DNA of 63,976 bases, filler included, from Welwitschia mirabilis (Eukaryota), in NCBI GenBank assembly GCA_051453625.1. It is 6 parts of one record of this genome, joined end to end, with 100 filler letters (N's around TTAATTAATTAA, not from the genome) between each part and the next. Parts side by side here need not be neighbours in the genome. Positions count along the whole stretch, not along the records: positions 1 to 28,252 come from JBOZIK010000001.1; 5 more parts are not named here. One strand, written 5' to 3'. Each line of letters begins with the position of its first letter. Positions within the stretch are counted from its first letter, which is position 1. This document shows positions 1 through 15,099 of the stretch, in pieces. The translations under genes were made by a program, and so were the position numbers. The notes under the pieces are model-generated. The model was given only the letters and a program-made list of their open reading frames with translations. It searched no databases and was not told where the DNA came from.

Positions 1-787
1 ATATAATCTAATATCTCAATATTATCATCTAATGAATGGTTATTCTTATCCCAATTGTTGAAATGTTAAGTTGTGTTATTATTGTCTCCCTTTTGCTTAT
101 CTCCTAATGAATAGGATGTTGAAGTTTAATCCACAATGTCATTTTTAAGTTGAAAGCAATAATCATCATCATTTGATTTTAAGTTTTCTTCATTTTTCTC
201 AAGGTATGATGAAGTAAGAAGTTGTAAGGATGTTGTATTGTAAAAGATCCTTGAATATGTAATAGTTTTTGTTGCAAGGTTTTAACTAATTTTTCTAGAT
301 TCTTGTTTGTGTTTTCTTGGTTCTTCTTTATTTCATCAATATTTGTTTTTAATGGATCATTTTCTTCTTCATAGTAGGTCATGGGAGATGGTTCCTCTTC
401 ATAGTAATGCATGGAATATGGTTGGAATTAATAAAAGGGATTGTAAAAAGTTTGTCTAAATGAGGTAGAATCCCTAAAATAGAGGAAATCTTCATCATCA
501 TATCTATATGAGGTTTAAAAAGAAGAGGAAAAAAATAAGAAGGTTAAAAATAAAAAGGGGTCCAATTTCTATTTTCAACATTATTTTATAATGGTCTCCC
601 TTTTTTAACAAAAGAAGATAACATAATCACAATAAAAGGGAATTTTCTCTCATCTACAATTTTAATTGATCTATCCAAGTCACAATCCAATGAAATCAAT
701 TGACAAAACTGTTAAAAGAGGTACAGTCATAGTAAAATGAAATCAAGCCTACAAATCAAATGACCTATCCAAGCTATAGAGTGTGAC

Positions 788-853
788 AATGATAAAACTA
801 AGAGACACTCCTAATTAGTGAATGATAAAACTAAGAGACACTCCTAAATAGTG
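788..853. repeat. Tandem duplication, 2 x 33 bp
   Basis: aatgataaaactaagagacactcctaa(t/a)tagtg occurs twice with one mismatch. Confidence 0.9.
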
Positions 854-3800
854 AAAACCTACATGCACAAGAAAGAAAATAAAAGTGCTTTATTAAAATT
901 TCTTAACGTGAACGAAGTAACTTTTAACCATATTAAACAATAAAATAATAAATTAGTTAATTTTAAATTTTTTTGAGTAAAACTAATTAATGATCACATC
1001 CTTTTCGTAAATAGTCTTAATTTTTAAAGGAAGGGGAAAAATAGAATTTGAATCACACTAATAAAATTTCCAACTCATTAACCAATTTTGATTACCTCAA
1101 TTATATAACCTCTTTAAGGTAAAGTACCATAAAATATTAACAACCTATTTACATCTAAGACTTAATAAATTTTAAAATTTTATTAAACCTATATGAAATC
1201 CAAGTAAATCTTTTCATTGACCTCCAATCTTCACCCAATATACCCTTGATTACAAAGGCATATGTGGGAATCTAAACCTCAATACACCTAACATGTTTCC
1301 CTTTAAAAGAGAGAACTCTCGATATAAGTTGAACTTCACATTTTTGATAGTTCAAAATACACAATAAATTCTAAAAGGCAATGTCAAACTCAACATGGAT
1401 CTCAATTTATGTACATCTTTTCTTACCAATCCCCACCACCACCACTCATTGCCAATAAAATCCTCTTTGGTAAAAATTTATTTTGCTTTATGTTACTCAA
1501 ATAAGATTAATAGAATTATTAACTCTATGATAACAAAAAAACAAAGAAAAGTCATTACACAAGATAAAAGGTTATGTTGGTATAATCAAGCCACATAAAT
1601 CTTGTTTATCATTAACTCCACTTACTGCTATCCACAATCACAAACTAGATATGAGTGGAAGAAAGAAAAAAGTAGATCTTACTTCACATCTCCACTTGAT
1701 TTGATTAGAGAGATCTTACTTCACATCTGCACATGCCCATAACAGGAGCTAGATAATGGCTAGCTAACCTACATGTTTGCAAAAATGGTAAAGAGTGCTC
1801 ACCAAAAAACTAAGCAATTTCACATGCGTGCCCCACTAAAATCAGTAATTACTAAAATAATGTGGGCACTATGAAAAAAGATCTAACATAAGTTTTCATA
1901 GTAGTAAGTAGGAGAGATTTAATGGTTTAATCATAAGAATAGAAAGATGAGAAATGCCTAAAGATGGAGATCTAAAGACGCCAATAAGATGAATGTTAAA
2001 GCAACCCCAATTAGTACAGAACAGAGTTAAAAACGTATTCTTTGCAGTTTGCCTCTACATCTTACACATCAGAAGACTAAGAATGCCATCCAAAGTAATA
2101 CCAAATCACTGCAAACATTAGATTGTAGCTATTTTCCTAAATGAAAGAAATGGAAAGAATTAATACCTTTGCAAATAGCAAAATCTAAATCACTAATTCA
2201 CCTAGGACTTCCACTCCTAGCCTTCCCTATACGTATAACAACTTTCTCCCATTTCCACTAAAACAATCGTGGACGAAATCCTGAAATACCAAGAGATAAC
2301 TTATAGTAACTTCATTGCCATTTGTAATGGTTTAGTGGATGTGAGTACGAGGATGGGAAGCACAGGCCACCATATAAATAGTGGTAATGCAGATGAAAAA
2401 CTAACACCTTTCTTTCTACCTTTAATCCATCCCTAAACAATCCGCTTCTTCATTGTGCCACTCTGTACGAGCCTCGGTGCCTCCTCCGCTCTCTGAAATT
2501 CCGCGCCTTGGATCCGGTTGAACAAATGCACCCACATGGCTCGTCTGTGGGTAATTCCTCACCCTTCCTTTTATGTTTTAATTTACAACTCCTAAATCTC
2601 TGTGGTCGGCGATGATTATAAGCTGTTAATCTACGCATCGTATTAGATTTTAACAGCAAAATATATCAAGAGTAGTAACCACAAACGATCGATGCAGATT
2701 AAGTTCTCTTAACTTGCAACAGTAATTCATTTATAAACTAAAACTTCACGGAGTCTGCATCACTTGATAAAACCTGGAGGCATAGCCTCTGCATCAGTTT
2801 ATTAGACGCCTCAGATTTTCGCAGACTGCGTTTGTGAAACCCTCCGTAGACACCTGAAACAGCATTTTCTCCGCTCGCTTTATCCCAAGAGCTCGAAGGA
2901 GCTGTTGCTTTAGTCTCATGTGGTGGTCATTAGAACCGTCGATTCAGGCTTCGATCCTCAAGCACAATGACTGAAAAACTGATGATACACTTGCATGAAA
3001 CATCTTTGATAAAATAACTCGGTCCCTAGTGATTTAGGTTGTGCAAGGGAACAATCCTTTGTTGATACGGGAACGAAGATCTAATCAGAGGCGCGTGCAC
3101 AAATCGTCCTCTTTTGGTCAGCGATGCTTCCCACTGCTCTACCATTTACTCGAAAATAAACAAAGCGTTTCTAAAGTCTTCCCAAAAATCAAGTGTGCAA
3201 ATGTAAGATATATGTAAATTTCTTCACTATTGAACGTTTTTGCCGAAGCTAATGGGAGTTTCCAACGTAAAGGATTTAAAAAATCGTGCCTTCCCTGCTC
3301 TCAAAAATTGTGGCCAGAACCAACACGCCATCCATTCTCAAGCCCTAATTGAAGCACTCCAAAACGAAAAAAAAAAGAAGAGACTTTAAAAGGCTTCACA
3401 CTCTAGGAGAACCAGAACTAGATTCTTAATACTGCAGCAGTGTTCAGAACGACCCGACATCGTTGTTCATCACCTTTAAACACGAAATTTTCCGTCCAGT
3501 GATAAATTGCGAACCCAATTTATCTGAGCGTTATTCAGCGTATTAAGCCAGTTTGACCAATGATGGGCAAAACTGGCAGGCACCCCATATATATCAATCT
3601 ACGAGCTAATCACAATACCAATGCACAGTTGTTTTGGATTGTGTTTTGTTCATCTTTCCTACATTATCGCTTTACTAAGTAAACAGGTCAATCCCTCCTT
3701 TACAGAATTAGACACAGATATTGAGATACGGCCAAATAAACAAAAAAACAGAAAAATATACTGCAACAGGATCAGTCCTTTTGCAAAGTGAGCAATTCAA

Positions 3801-3992
3801 ACATACAACAAACTAAGATAAGCAGCTCACAAGCTGATTACAGCACTACACCAAAGTCTTACCACACTATTTAAAATGCAGAAATCCATTGAGTAGCAAG
3901 TAGCAACAGCATTCGAGAAAACTAAAGCAGAAGAGGTTAAACGACACACGAAAGCACGACATGCAGAAAACGAATCCAATGAAGCAACTCAC

Positions 3993-6561
<2,569 letters not shown>

Positions 6562-6679
6562 TCAAGCTAGCCTTCCCCTACGTAAACTTGAAATTCTGCA
6601 AGTTGAAGTGAGCAGAAATCGCAATTCGTAAACACGCAACAAAATTTCCTTCCCGCACGCAGGAAAGGAAATGGAAGGG

Positions 6680-6687
6680 TTTTATAG
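6680..6687 (-). promoter_or_regulatory. TATA box of HSP90 (CTATAAAA)
   Basis: Canonical TATA on the minus strand about 140 nt upstream of the ATG, directly next to an HSE. Confidence 0.8.
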
Positions 6688-6700
6688 GAAGACGGTAAAG

Positions 6701-6715
6701 GGTCTAGAACTTTCC
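6701..6715. promoter_or_regulatory. TATA-proximal heat shock element
   Basis: gGTCtaGAActTTCc: three alternating nGAAn units, one imperfect, about 15 nt upstream of TATA. Confidence 0.8.
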
Positions 6716-6746
6716 TCAGAGAAATCCCAGCGGCGAAGAAACTAGA

Positions 6747-6771
6747 CGAACTGTCTGGAAGCTTCACGACT
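6747..6771. promoter_or_regulatory. Five-unit heat shock element
   Basis: cGAActGTCtgGAAgcTTCacGACt: alternating GAA/TTC at exact 5-nt phase, 3 perfect and 2 single-mismatch units. Confidence 0.8.
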
Positions 6772-6799
6772 TATGCGCTCAGGCTTCTCTATATGCAGG

Positions 6800-6821
6800 C
6801 TTCTGGAGGGTTCCTGACGTG
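6800..6821. promoter_or_regulatory. Distal heat shock element overlapping a TGACGTG bZIP-type site
   Basis: cTTCtgGAGggTTCctGACgtg: four in-phase units, two imperfect; TGACGTG at 6815-6821. Confidence 0.6.
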
Positions 6822-7389
6822 CCCCGTGTTTTTGCTTCCCTTTAGAATTTTATTTGACGCGCTCTTGGCCGTATTTAGCCAATTTTGATGTCATTCTACA
6901 TTCAAATAAAAATCAAAATGTAGTCCTGTTGTTATTGTAACGTACACGCTTTTAATAGGATAAATTTCTTGTGTAGCGAAATCTAAGGGTCCAAGGTAAG
7001 ATATTGTGAAAAGAAGGGGAAAAAAGAAAGAAGTATAAATATTTTAGTATTTGTTTAAGGATAAATCTTTATGACAGAAGTTTTCTTATATCTTTGTGGT
7101 TGTGAGTTTGATTCTTGAAGAAATCTTTCAACAAAAAAAAAATGATAATAATATTTTAATATTTGTCAATACATTAATACGAGAGGAAGGCAAATTTGCA
7201 TATCCCAATGCAAATAATATTGGAGTGATTGAAGGGAAACGACTCCACAAAACAAACAAAGTCTGTTCGATGTAGCTTTCCTCAATGTTAATAATAGTGT
7301 AGCAACTAAGGCATTAATGTTCTATGGTATCAGCTTTACTAGTTGTTTTGATGTTTTTGAAATAGTGGCAACATGAGAAGATGAAAGCT

Positions 7390-7757
7390 CTAAAGACTTC
7401 TTCTTGCTAGGTTCATTAAAATCAACACTTGCAATCAAAAGGAGGTTGGAAGACATAATCACTCAAGTGGAATTTTGTGCTTGATTTGTAAGCAACGTGG
7501 ACACTACATAAAACTTGAGAGGTGGATGTCTATAAATAATTTTATTGACGTAAGTTTTATTTTAAAAATGGTCAAAAGCCCTAAAGATTTCTTCTCCCTA
7601 GGTTCATTAAAATTATCATTTGAAATTAAAAGGAGGTTGAAAAATACAGCTATTCAAGTGGAATTGTGTGCTTAATCTGTGAGAAGCTTGAGCATTGCAT
7701 AATGCTTGAGAAGGTGGGCGTCTATAAATAATTTAATTAGCTTAAGTTTTATTTTAA
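7390..7757. repeat. Diverged tandem duplication, about 191-bp period
   Basis: ctaaaga.ttcttct...ctaggttcattaaaat...aaaaggaggttg...tcaagtggaatt.tgtgctt...gtctataaataattt...aagttttattttaa starts at both 7390 and 7581. Confidence 0.85.
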
Positions 7758-7779
7758 GAAGGGCTTCTCCTATCGAGAA

Positions 7780-10050
7780 TTTTGCTATTTTGCCTCTAGA
7801 TAAGTAATAATGTATGATCACTATGAATTATCCAAGGACTACCCCTTTTGATACTTAGAAAGGAATATAGTAAATTTTGGTACAAAAGACACACTTTTCA
7901 TCTATGAAGATCTTAATTCCTAAGTTGCTTCATAATACGTATAAGTGTTTACTTAGCAAAATAGAGTTGGTGAATTAGAAAGCAACAACAATTTATAGAA
8001 TAGGCTCTCCCAAGATGACTCCACTAATAGAATCAGATATAAATTCTTGAATGGGCAAAATAGAGTTNNNNNNNNNNNNNNNNNNNNNNNNNNNNNNNNN
8101 NNNNNNNNNNNNNNNNNNNNNNNNNNNNNNNNNNNNNNNNNNNNNNNNNNNNNNNNNNNNNNNNNNNTAGAGTTGATGGATTAGAAAGAACAACGATTTA
8201 TGAAAGAGGCTCTCACACGATGACACCACCTACAAAATGGAATAATAACTTCTTGAATGGACAACAACTCTAGATATAACTATATGCGATTATTTAGCTA
8301 AATTCCAAGGATCTAAGGCTTTTACCTTCATGAGGCACCAAAGTAACCCATGTATTGATATTTTTTTAACTAACCGTCAAAGCATCTAGTTCATTTATCA
8401 TTTCAAGATAGAAAGGAAATGGTAGAACCCTATCATTGACATCTAGGTTTCAAGATCCATAACTATGTTAAATGTACTAGTAAGAAAGGAAAATGTACTC
8501 TTCCTAAAATAACTCTTAAACTTAAAAGCTCAATTCGTAGAGGTACTCCACTATTTATAGAACTCCAAAGAGAATAATACTACTTTACCTCAAGTGTTGT
8601 TTTAGGCTGTAAAACAAGTCATTCTTTGACAAAAGCATACTCACATTAATCAATGGTTTGATGAGTATTATAGGCAAGCCCATCTTGACACCATAATTAC
8701 AATTAAGAAAGAAAAAGATAAGGCTCTCAAGAGGTGTAAGAAACTAATTAGATATAAGAAAAAAAATTATTTCATCAGAGGCCAACAAGAGATTTTTCTT
8801 TCATGATCAGAAAAAGTCAAAAAGGTTTCTAAAGGCTACTTGAAGTTACAACATTTCCAAATGCTTCTTTTTCTTTTTAGAAGGTTGTACCTTTTTTAGG
8901 AAATTGTTCAATAAAAAAGATGACAATTAGACTCCCTTAAAATCCATACCATCATTTGTAAGTTTCTAAAGAGGAAATTATTAAAGGCCTAAATAGGTTA
9001 GCCAAAGGAAAGCTTCGAGTTTTAAGGATCTAGACAAGAAATTAATTAAATGGATGAAGATATCAACCATAAGGAAATTTGCAAATTAATCAATGAAAGT
9101 ATTACATAAGATCTCGATAAAAAATAACAAACTAGTAGAGTTGTTATTCTATATAAAAAAGGTGATAAGTCTAATTAAAATAACTATAGAATAATTGCAA
9201 TTAATAATATTGTTGTCAATTTGCTAGGTATTCTCCTTAAAAAGAAAGTTAGCAATTGGATAAAAAAACTAAAGTAAGAGTAAGAACACAAGAAAGTTTC
9301 AAGGAAAGCCACTCCACTATTGACCACCTCATTATCCTAAAACACTGAATGAAACTTGCAAGGAGACCTTACAAAAAGATTTTTGTTTACTCGTAGATGT
9401 TTTATAAGATTTAGATTCCATCATTCAAAAGAATCTTTGAATATAGTTAGATGATATTAGAACTCCACATGATGTAATTAAAACCATTTATAATCTTTAT
9501 GGGTAGGTCTTTCTTAAAGTTATAGACATTAATTCTAATTAAATAGTCATGTTTTCTGGTAAAACTAGGGTAAAGCAAAGTTCTACTTTATCCTCTACCT
9601 TCTTTAAAAATTTCATAGATGAAATAAAATAGTGGTTTAATAAAGTTTAACATAAAATGCTATTAAAGAAGATGAACATTCTATTCTCTTACTCTTATAT
9701 GTAGATGATGCCACTTTGTTTTATACTCTAAAAAGAGGCATGTATAATATGTTACAAAGTTTAAAACATTTCTATAGCTTCTTAAAATTAAAACTTAATG
9801 TTCAAAAGGCTAGATGATGATTTAAAGCACTTAAACACTAGGTATGATAATTCAGTAACTAGAAGATAGAGATAAGCTCTTTTCATTATTTAGATCTCGA
9901 ATATACATCCAAGTCTAAGTGGAGTGAATGTATCCAAAAAAAAGTTACTATAGGTGTGAAAAAATTTTATGTTTTAAAGTTAGTATTAAATCTTAGGTAT
10001 TTTGATGTAGGACTAAAATAACAAAAACCTCAAGAAGACTTTTGGAATTG
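7780..10050 (+). mobile_element. Degenerate non-LTR retrotransposon (APE-RT LINE, RTE/RTE-X-like), many stops and frameshifts
   Basis: RT motifs in order: YKKGDKSN*NNYRII (9152-9196), QESFKESHSTIDHLI (~9289-9333), VKQSSTLSSTFF for GVKQGCPLSPTLF (~9570-9605), LLLYVDDA (~9689-9712). Weaker endonuclease remnants EDLNS (~7906) and FTF...CID (~8320-8360). Ends approximate. Confidence 0.75.
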
Positions 10051-10497
10051 TGCACCTAGAGAGGAATAGAAAAGAAAGAAGAAATATGCATGAGATAAAG
10101 GATTAAAGGTAATAAAATATTTACTTTACATTAACTTTATAGAAAAATGATCTTATAAACTAAAATAAAATCTAATAGAGATTTTATGCTCTTTTTAATA
10201 GTAGCTTCTAAAAGCCTTACCCTAGCTTCTACCACTTTGATTACTTCCATGCTTAGTAGCCTTCAAGAGAAAATATAAGTACACTAAGGTCTTAAATAAA
10301 GAATCTTCTCCTCAAGTTCCCAACAAAGATCTCCTCTTAAGATCCTAACTCTAAGATCTCTCATTTGATGGAGAGTTAACACAATGAAATTCCAAGAATA
10401 CTTTTGAGATTATATTTCTAAAGAGGAATAGAAAATACTAAAAAAATATGTAGGAAATAGTGTATGAAAGGGATCACTTTATATTGTTGAACAATAA

Positions 10498-11965
10498 TGT
10501 TGCGGTGCGAATTTATGCAATCTTAAAGTCCTTAGGTAAACCTGTAAATCATATAACTTGCAAAAAGACACACGCTAGTATAGACGGGAGTTCACCTGAA
10601 TGTCGTAATCCCAACGGAGGCACTAGGCTCAGAGTTAGAGAATTGATTTCCAAAGGTAGTTTTTGGTATTTTATCTTTTACTTAACTGAAAGTAAATAGT
10701 AAAGTAAATGCAATGCAAGACTAATGAAGATGCAATGTAAGTGAATGGAAATGGAAATGAGATTCTACTTAGATCCAAATCCTTCTATCATAAGGACTAT
10801 CTTCTAGACTTTCTGTCACAAAGACTATCTTTTCTATAATTTACATCAATCAAGAAGAGCATCTACTATTTCTTAATTAACATAAACCATTAGATCTACT
10901 AAGTAAAATATGCAATATGGAATATGACTAAAATAAAAATGCAATGCAAACCTATTACTAACCAAGGTCAAACAAAGGTTTCCCTCATGATTTAAATAAA
11001 TCATAGAATTATCACTTAACTATGATCAACTTAAAGTATAAGGGACATTCACAGAATGGGAATGAAAGAGTATTTGTATTAATAAAAAGAACATTACATC
11101 CACTTACAATAGAATAACAGCTTCTCGATGGAAGAGACATAGCCTAACACCAAGGAAACTGCTTTCTGTAGCTACTGGATGGACCTCCTACCTTCAAGCT
11201 TCTGTCACAAGTATATCAAGAATAAAAAATGGTTGGAATTGAAAGAGGGAAGGGGTATTTATAATTTTATAATAAACCATAATCATAAACGTTCATTAAG
11301 TGAACCCTAGCCAACCACATGGGGCGTTTGATCCCATTTACAACAGTATCTATTGTGGATATGTAAAATTAGCTATTGTCCTATTAGTCGTCCATACAAT
11401 AGTGGGGACAACACTATCTTCTTACCTTGGGTTGTCTGCCTATGTGATACCATTAGCTCTATGGGTTGTGATCGCATGTTACTCATGTTGTTGTTCTCTT
11501 GGTCATCCACAAGACATAAGAGATAACACCTTGAACTATGTGCCCCTATGCTGTCGTCAGCCATGTATGTTTTCCTTGCATACATTGTCCTTTATGTCAT
11601 CCAGACGACCAAGGGGATGATGCCCTACCATCATGTGATGTTTTTCAAGTGTTGCACATGAGGTATTCCTATGTATCTATTTTTATGAGCTGTCATCCCC
11701 TCTGTCATGGGGACAATAGTGGGGACGACACTCTTTTCAAGCTCCTCAAGTAGCGAAAATTGGTCTTCTTCATCTTTAGTTGTCTTTTATTATGCTAAGT
11801 ATTAGATCATACCTGAAATTCCTCCAATTATACTAAGAATTACATGTTTTCATGATCATCTTGTCATCTCTCCATAATTAGCAGAATTGCCTCTAAACCT
11901 ATATAAATGTCCTACAAAAGTACTTCAAATACACCATCAAATTCCTACAAATTGGCATCACAACA
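10498..11965 (-). mobile_element. Athila-type LTR, family A, complete copy (~1.47 kb)
   Basis: Starts TGTTGCGGTGC, ends GCATCACAACA (imperfect terminal IR, TG..CA); collinear with 13665-15099. Orientation taken from the PBS/PPT beside sister copies. No matching TSD seen. Confidence 0.85.
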
Positions 11966-12135
11966 CTTGTTATTTATCTATGTGATATGTTTTATGAGCT
12001 TATTTTATAATTTTCTAATTTATCTTTTAAAAAATNNNNNNNNNNNNNNNNNNNNNNNNNNNNNNNNNNNNNNNNNNNNNNNNNNNNNNNNNNNNNNNNN
12101 NNNNNNNNNNNNNNNNNNNNNNNNNNNNNNNNNNN

Positions 12136-12715
12136 CAATAGAATAACAGTTCCTCAATGGAAGAGACACAGCCTAACACCAAGGGAACACCTTTTCTGCA
12201 GCTATTAGATGGACCTCCTACCTTCAAGCTTCCATCACATGCATATTAAGTACAAAAGATGGTTTGGAAGTGAAAGAGGAAAGGGTATTTATAGTTTTAC
12301 AATGAACCATAACCCTAGACATCCATTAAGGAAAACCTAGCCACCCACATGACCTGTTTGGTACTCGTTACAATGCAATTTACTGTCGCATTGTAAAAAC
12401 AGTTATCGTCCTATCCGTCGTCCACACGATAGTAGGGACGACACCGTCTTCTTGCCTTGGGTTGTATGCCCATGTGATACCGTTAGCTCCATGGATTACT
12501 CGCATATGTTACTGAGGCTGTCGTCCTGTCGATCGTCCACATGACACAAGGGATGACACCTTAGACTGTGTGCCCATATGCTATCATCAGCCACGTGGGT
12601 TGTCCTCACATTCGTCGTCCAGACAACATAGGGGACGATGCCCTATCATCATGTATTGCTGTCCAAGTGTTGTGCATGAGCTGTTCCTATGTAGTTGTCT
12701 TTACACTCTACCCAA
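12136..12715 (-). mobile_element. Athila-type LTR family A, internal fragment between two gaps
   Basis: Collinear with ~11108-11690 (caatagaataacag...gagacacagcctaacaccaagg...ggtatttatag). Confidence 0.85.
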
Positions 12716-12815
12716 NNNNNNNNNNNNNNNNNNNNNNNNNNNNNNNNNNNNNNNNNNNNNNNNNNNNNNNNNNNNNNNNNNNNNNNNNNNNNNNNNNNNN
12801 NNNNNNNNNNNNNNN

Positions 12816-13643
12816 GTTTCTTATTATTTCAGAAATAAGTTATACAACAGTTTTTCTATTATAATTAATTAAAATAAGCAAGAAGAATAGAATAAGAGAG
12901 TTTAGATTCAAAATGGTAAGGAAGATAGGTACACCATGAAGATTAAGGTTCTTGGATGGTTTATTGTTTGCAGTTGCTATTTCTTAATACTCAAAATATG
13001 TGACATCATTATTGTAAATTAAATACACAGAGAAAAGAAAATCTAATTCTAAAATAGAAAGAAAGAAATTCAAGAATTTGCGTACCTATGTTGTGTGTAC
13101 CTAGATTCTTATTTGAAGTTGAATAATTCTTGATGTCTTTGTTAATCTAGTTTCTTGATGGCTGATATTTCGTCTTTAGCCCAGAATTCCTTGTATCCTT
13201 ACAAATAAAAACTAGAATCAAATGCAATGGACTGTCATCCACCTAGTCATGGGGACGACGAGTAGGACAACAACCACAGAAAAAACTAAACTCTAAAGAG
13301 AACAGAACTCTAGAAACTATAGAAAAAAATTACTAAAACTAAGACTGTTGTCCTTATTATCATGTGGATGATGGATAGGACAATAGTTTTACTAAACTAT
13401 GAACAGAAGAAAAATGGCAAAAACAATACTAAATTTGAAATTTTAGAACTTTCATGCCCTATGTCATCTGGATGACAGAGAGAACGACAAGGTCCCTAAA
13501 AGTTATAGAAAATAAAATTTTGCAAAAATAAATCTACCTTAAATTATACTAGAAATCCATCATTAATTCAAATAAATAACATGAACAAAAAGATTTAAGG
13601 TACTTATCTGTTTAATGATAATCCTCTTAGCTCCTTGTAGCCT
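12816..13643 (-). mobile_element. Athila-type 5' internal (leader) region
   Basis: Follows the PBS on the minus strand; similar to ~49450-49893 (aaggtactta.ct...tgataat.ctc..agctcctt). Confidence 0.65.
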
Positions 13644-13661
13644 TCCCCAGTAATGGCACCA
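13644..13661 (-). other. Primer binding site, tRNA-Asp type (Athila)
   Basis: Minus strand TGGTGCCATTACTGGGGA versus Athila consensus TGGCGCCGTTGCCGGGGA, 4 transitions; 3 nt from the LTR end. Confidence 0.8.
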
Positions 13662-13664
13662 AAA

Positions 13665-15099
13665 TGTTGTGGTGTGAATTTATGCAATCTTGAAGTCATG
13701 TAGGTAAACCTGTGAATCATATAACTTGTAGAAAACACATGCTAGTATAGATGGGAGTTCTCCCGAATGTCGTAATCCTAACGAAGGCACTAGGCTTAGA
13801 GTTAGAGAATTGATTTCCAAAGGTAGTTTTTGGTCTTTTATCTTTTACTAACTGAACGTAAATAATAAAGTAAATGCAATGCAAGTAAATGAAGATAAAA
13901 TTCAAGTAAATAAAAATGAAAATGAGATTCTACTTAAATCCTAATCCTTCTATCATAAGGATTAGCCTCTAGCCTTTCTGTCACAAAGACTATTTTTTCT
14001 ATAATTCAGATCAATTAAGAAGAGCATTTAACTAGTTTTTAACCAACATAAACTATAAAATATAATAAGTAAAACATGAAATACAATATGAAATGAAATG
14101 GAAATGCAATGCAAACCTATTACTAATCAAGATCAACCTTAACAAAGGTTGCCCTCATAAATAAATTATAAAACTGTCACTTAACTATGATCAACTTAAA
14201 GAATAAGTGACATTCATAGAATTAGAATAATTTGTATTAATGAAAAGAACATTACATCCACTTAAAATAGAATAACATCATCTCAATGGAAGACACACAG
14301 CCTAACACTAAGGGAATCCCTTTCTGCAGCTACTGGATGGACCTTCTACCTTCAAACTTCCGTCACAAGCATATTAAGTACAAATGATGGTTCGAATTGA
14401 AGGAGGGAAGGGGTATTTATAGTTTTACAATGAGCCATAACCCTAGACATCCATTAAGTAAACCCTAGTTGTCTACATGGGTTGCTTGACCCCATTTATA
14501 ATAGTATTTATTACGGATATGTAAAATCAGTTGTCGTCCTGTTCGTCGTCCACACGACAGTAGGGACGATGCTGCCTTCTTGCCTTGGGTTATGTACCCA
14601 TGTGATACCGTTAGCTCCTTGGGTTACCCGTGCATGTTACCAAGGCTGTCATCCTATCGGTCGTCCACACGATATAGGGGATGATACCTTGGACTATGTG
14701 CTCATGTGCTATAATCAGCTGTGTGAGTTGTCTTCACATTTGTCATCCTTACTATCATCTAGACGAACAAGGGGACGATGTGCTGCTGTCCAAGTGTTGC
14801 GCATGAGCTGTTCCTATATAGTTGTCTTTATGAGTTGTCGTCCCCTCGAAAAGTGGGGACGACAATCTTCTCAAGCTCCTCAAGTAGCAAAAATTGGTAT
14901 TCTTCACCTTTATTCCTCCTTCATTATGCTAAGTATTAGATCATTCCTGAAATTCCTCCAATTATGCCAAGAATTACATGTTTTCATGATCATCTTATCG
15001 TCTCTCCATAATCAGCAGAATTGTATCTAAACCTGTATAAATGTCCTGCAAAAGTACTTTAAATACATCATAAAATTCCTACAAATTGGTATTATAATA
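13665..15099 (-). mobile_element. Athila-type LTR family A, 5' LTR
   Basis: TGTTGTGGTG... to ...GGTATTATAATA (C>T-decayed GGCATCACAACA); collinear with 10498-11965; PBS adjacent. Confidence 0.85.

Noticed and set aside
179..412. 77-aa ORF with YYEEE repeat
   Set aside because: Low complexity in AT-rich, probably TE-derived DNA; no motif I can assign.
1867..1903. CACTA-like mini inverted repeat (actatgaaaa/ttttcatagt)
   Set aside because: Only a 10-bp AT-rich stem, right end TAGTA rather than TAGTG, and no 3-bp TSD.
2450..2659. 69-aa minus-strand ORF with CxCxC
   Set aside because: Short, non-ATG start and no recognisable domain.
11300..15030. ORFs of 70-182 aa at 11300, 11538, 12568 and 14482 (also 61993)
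   Set aside because: They lie inside LTR copies and frames are not preserved between copies.
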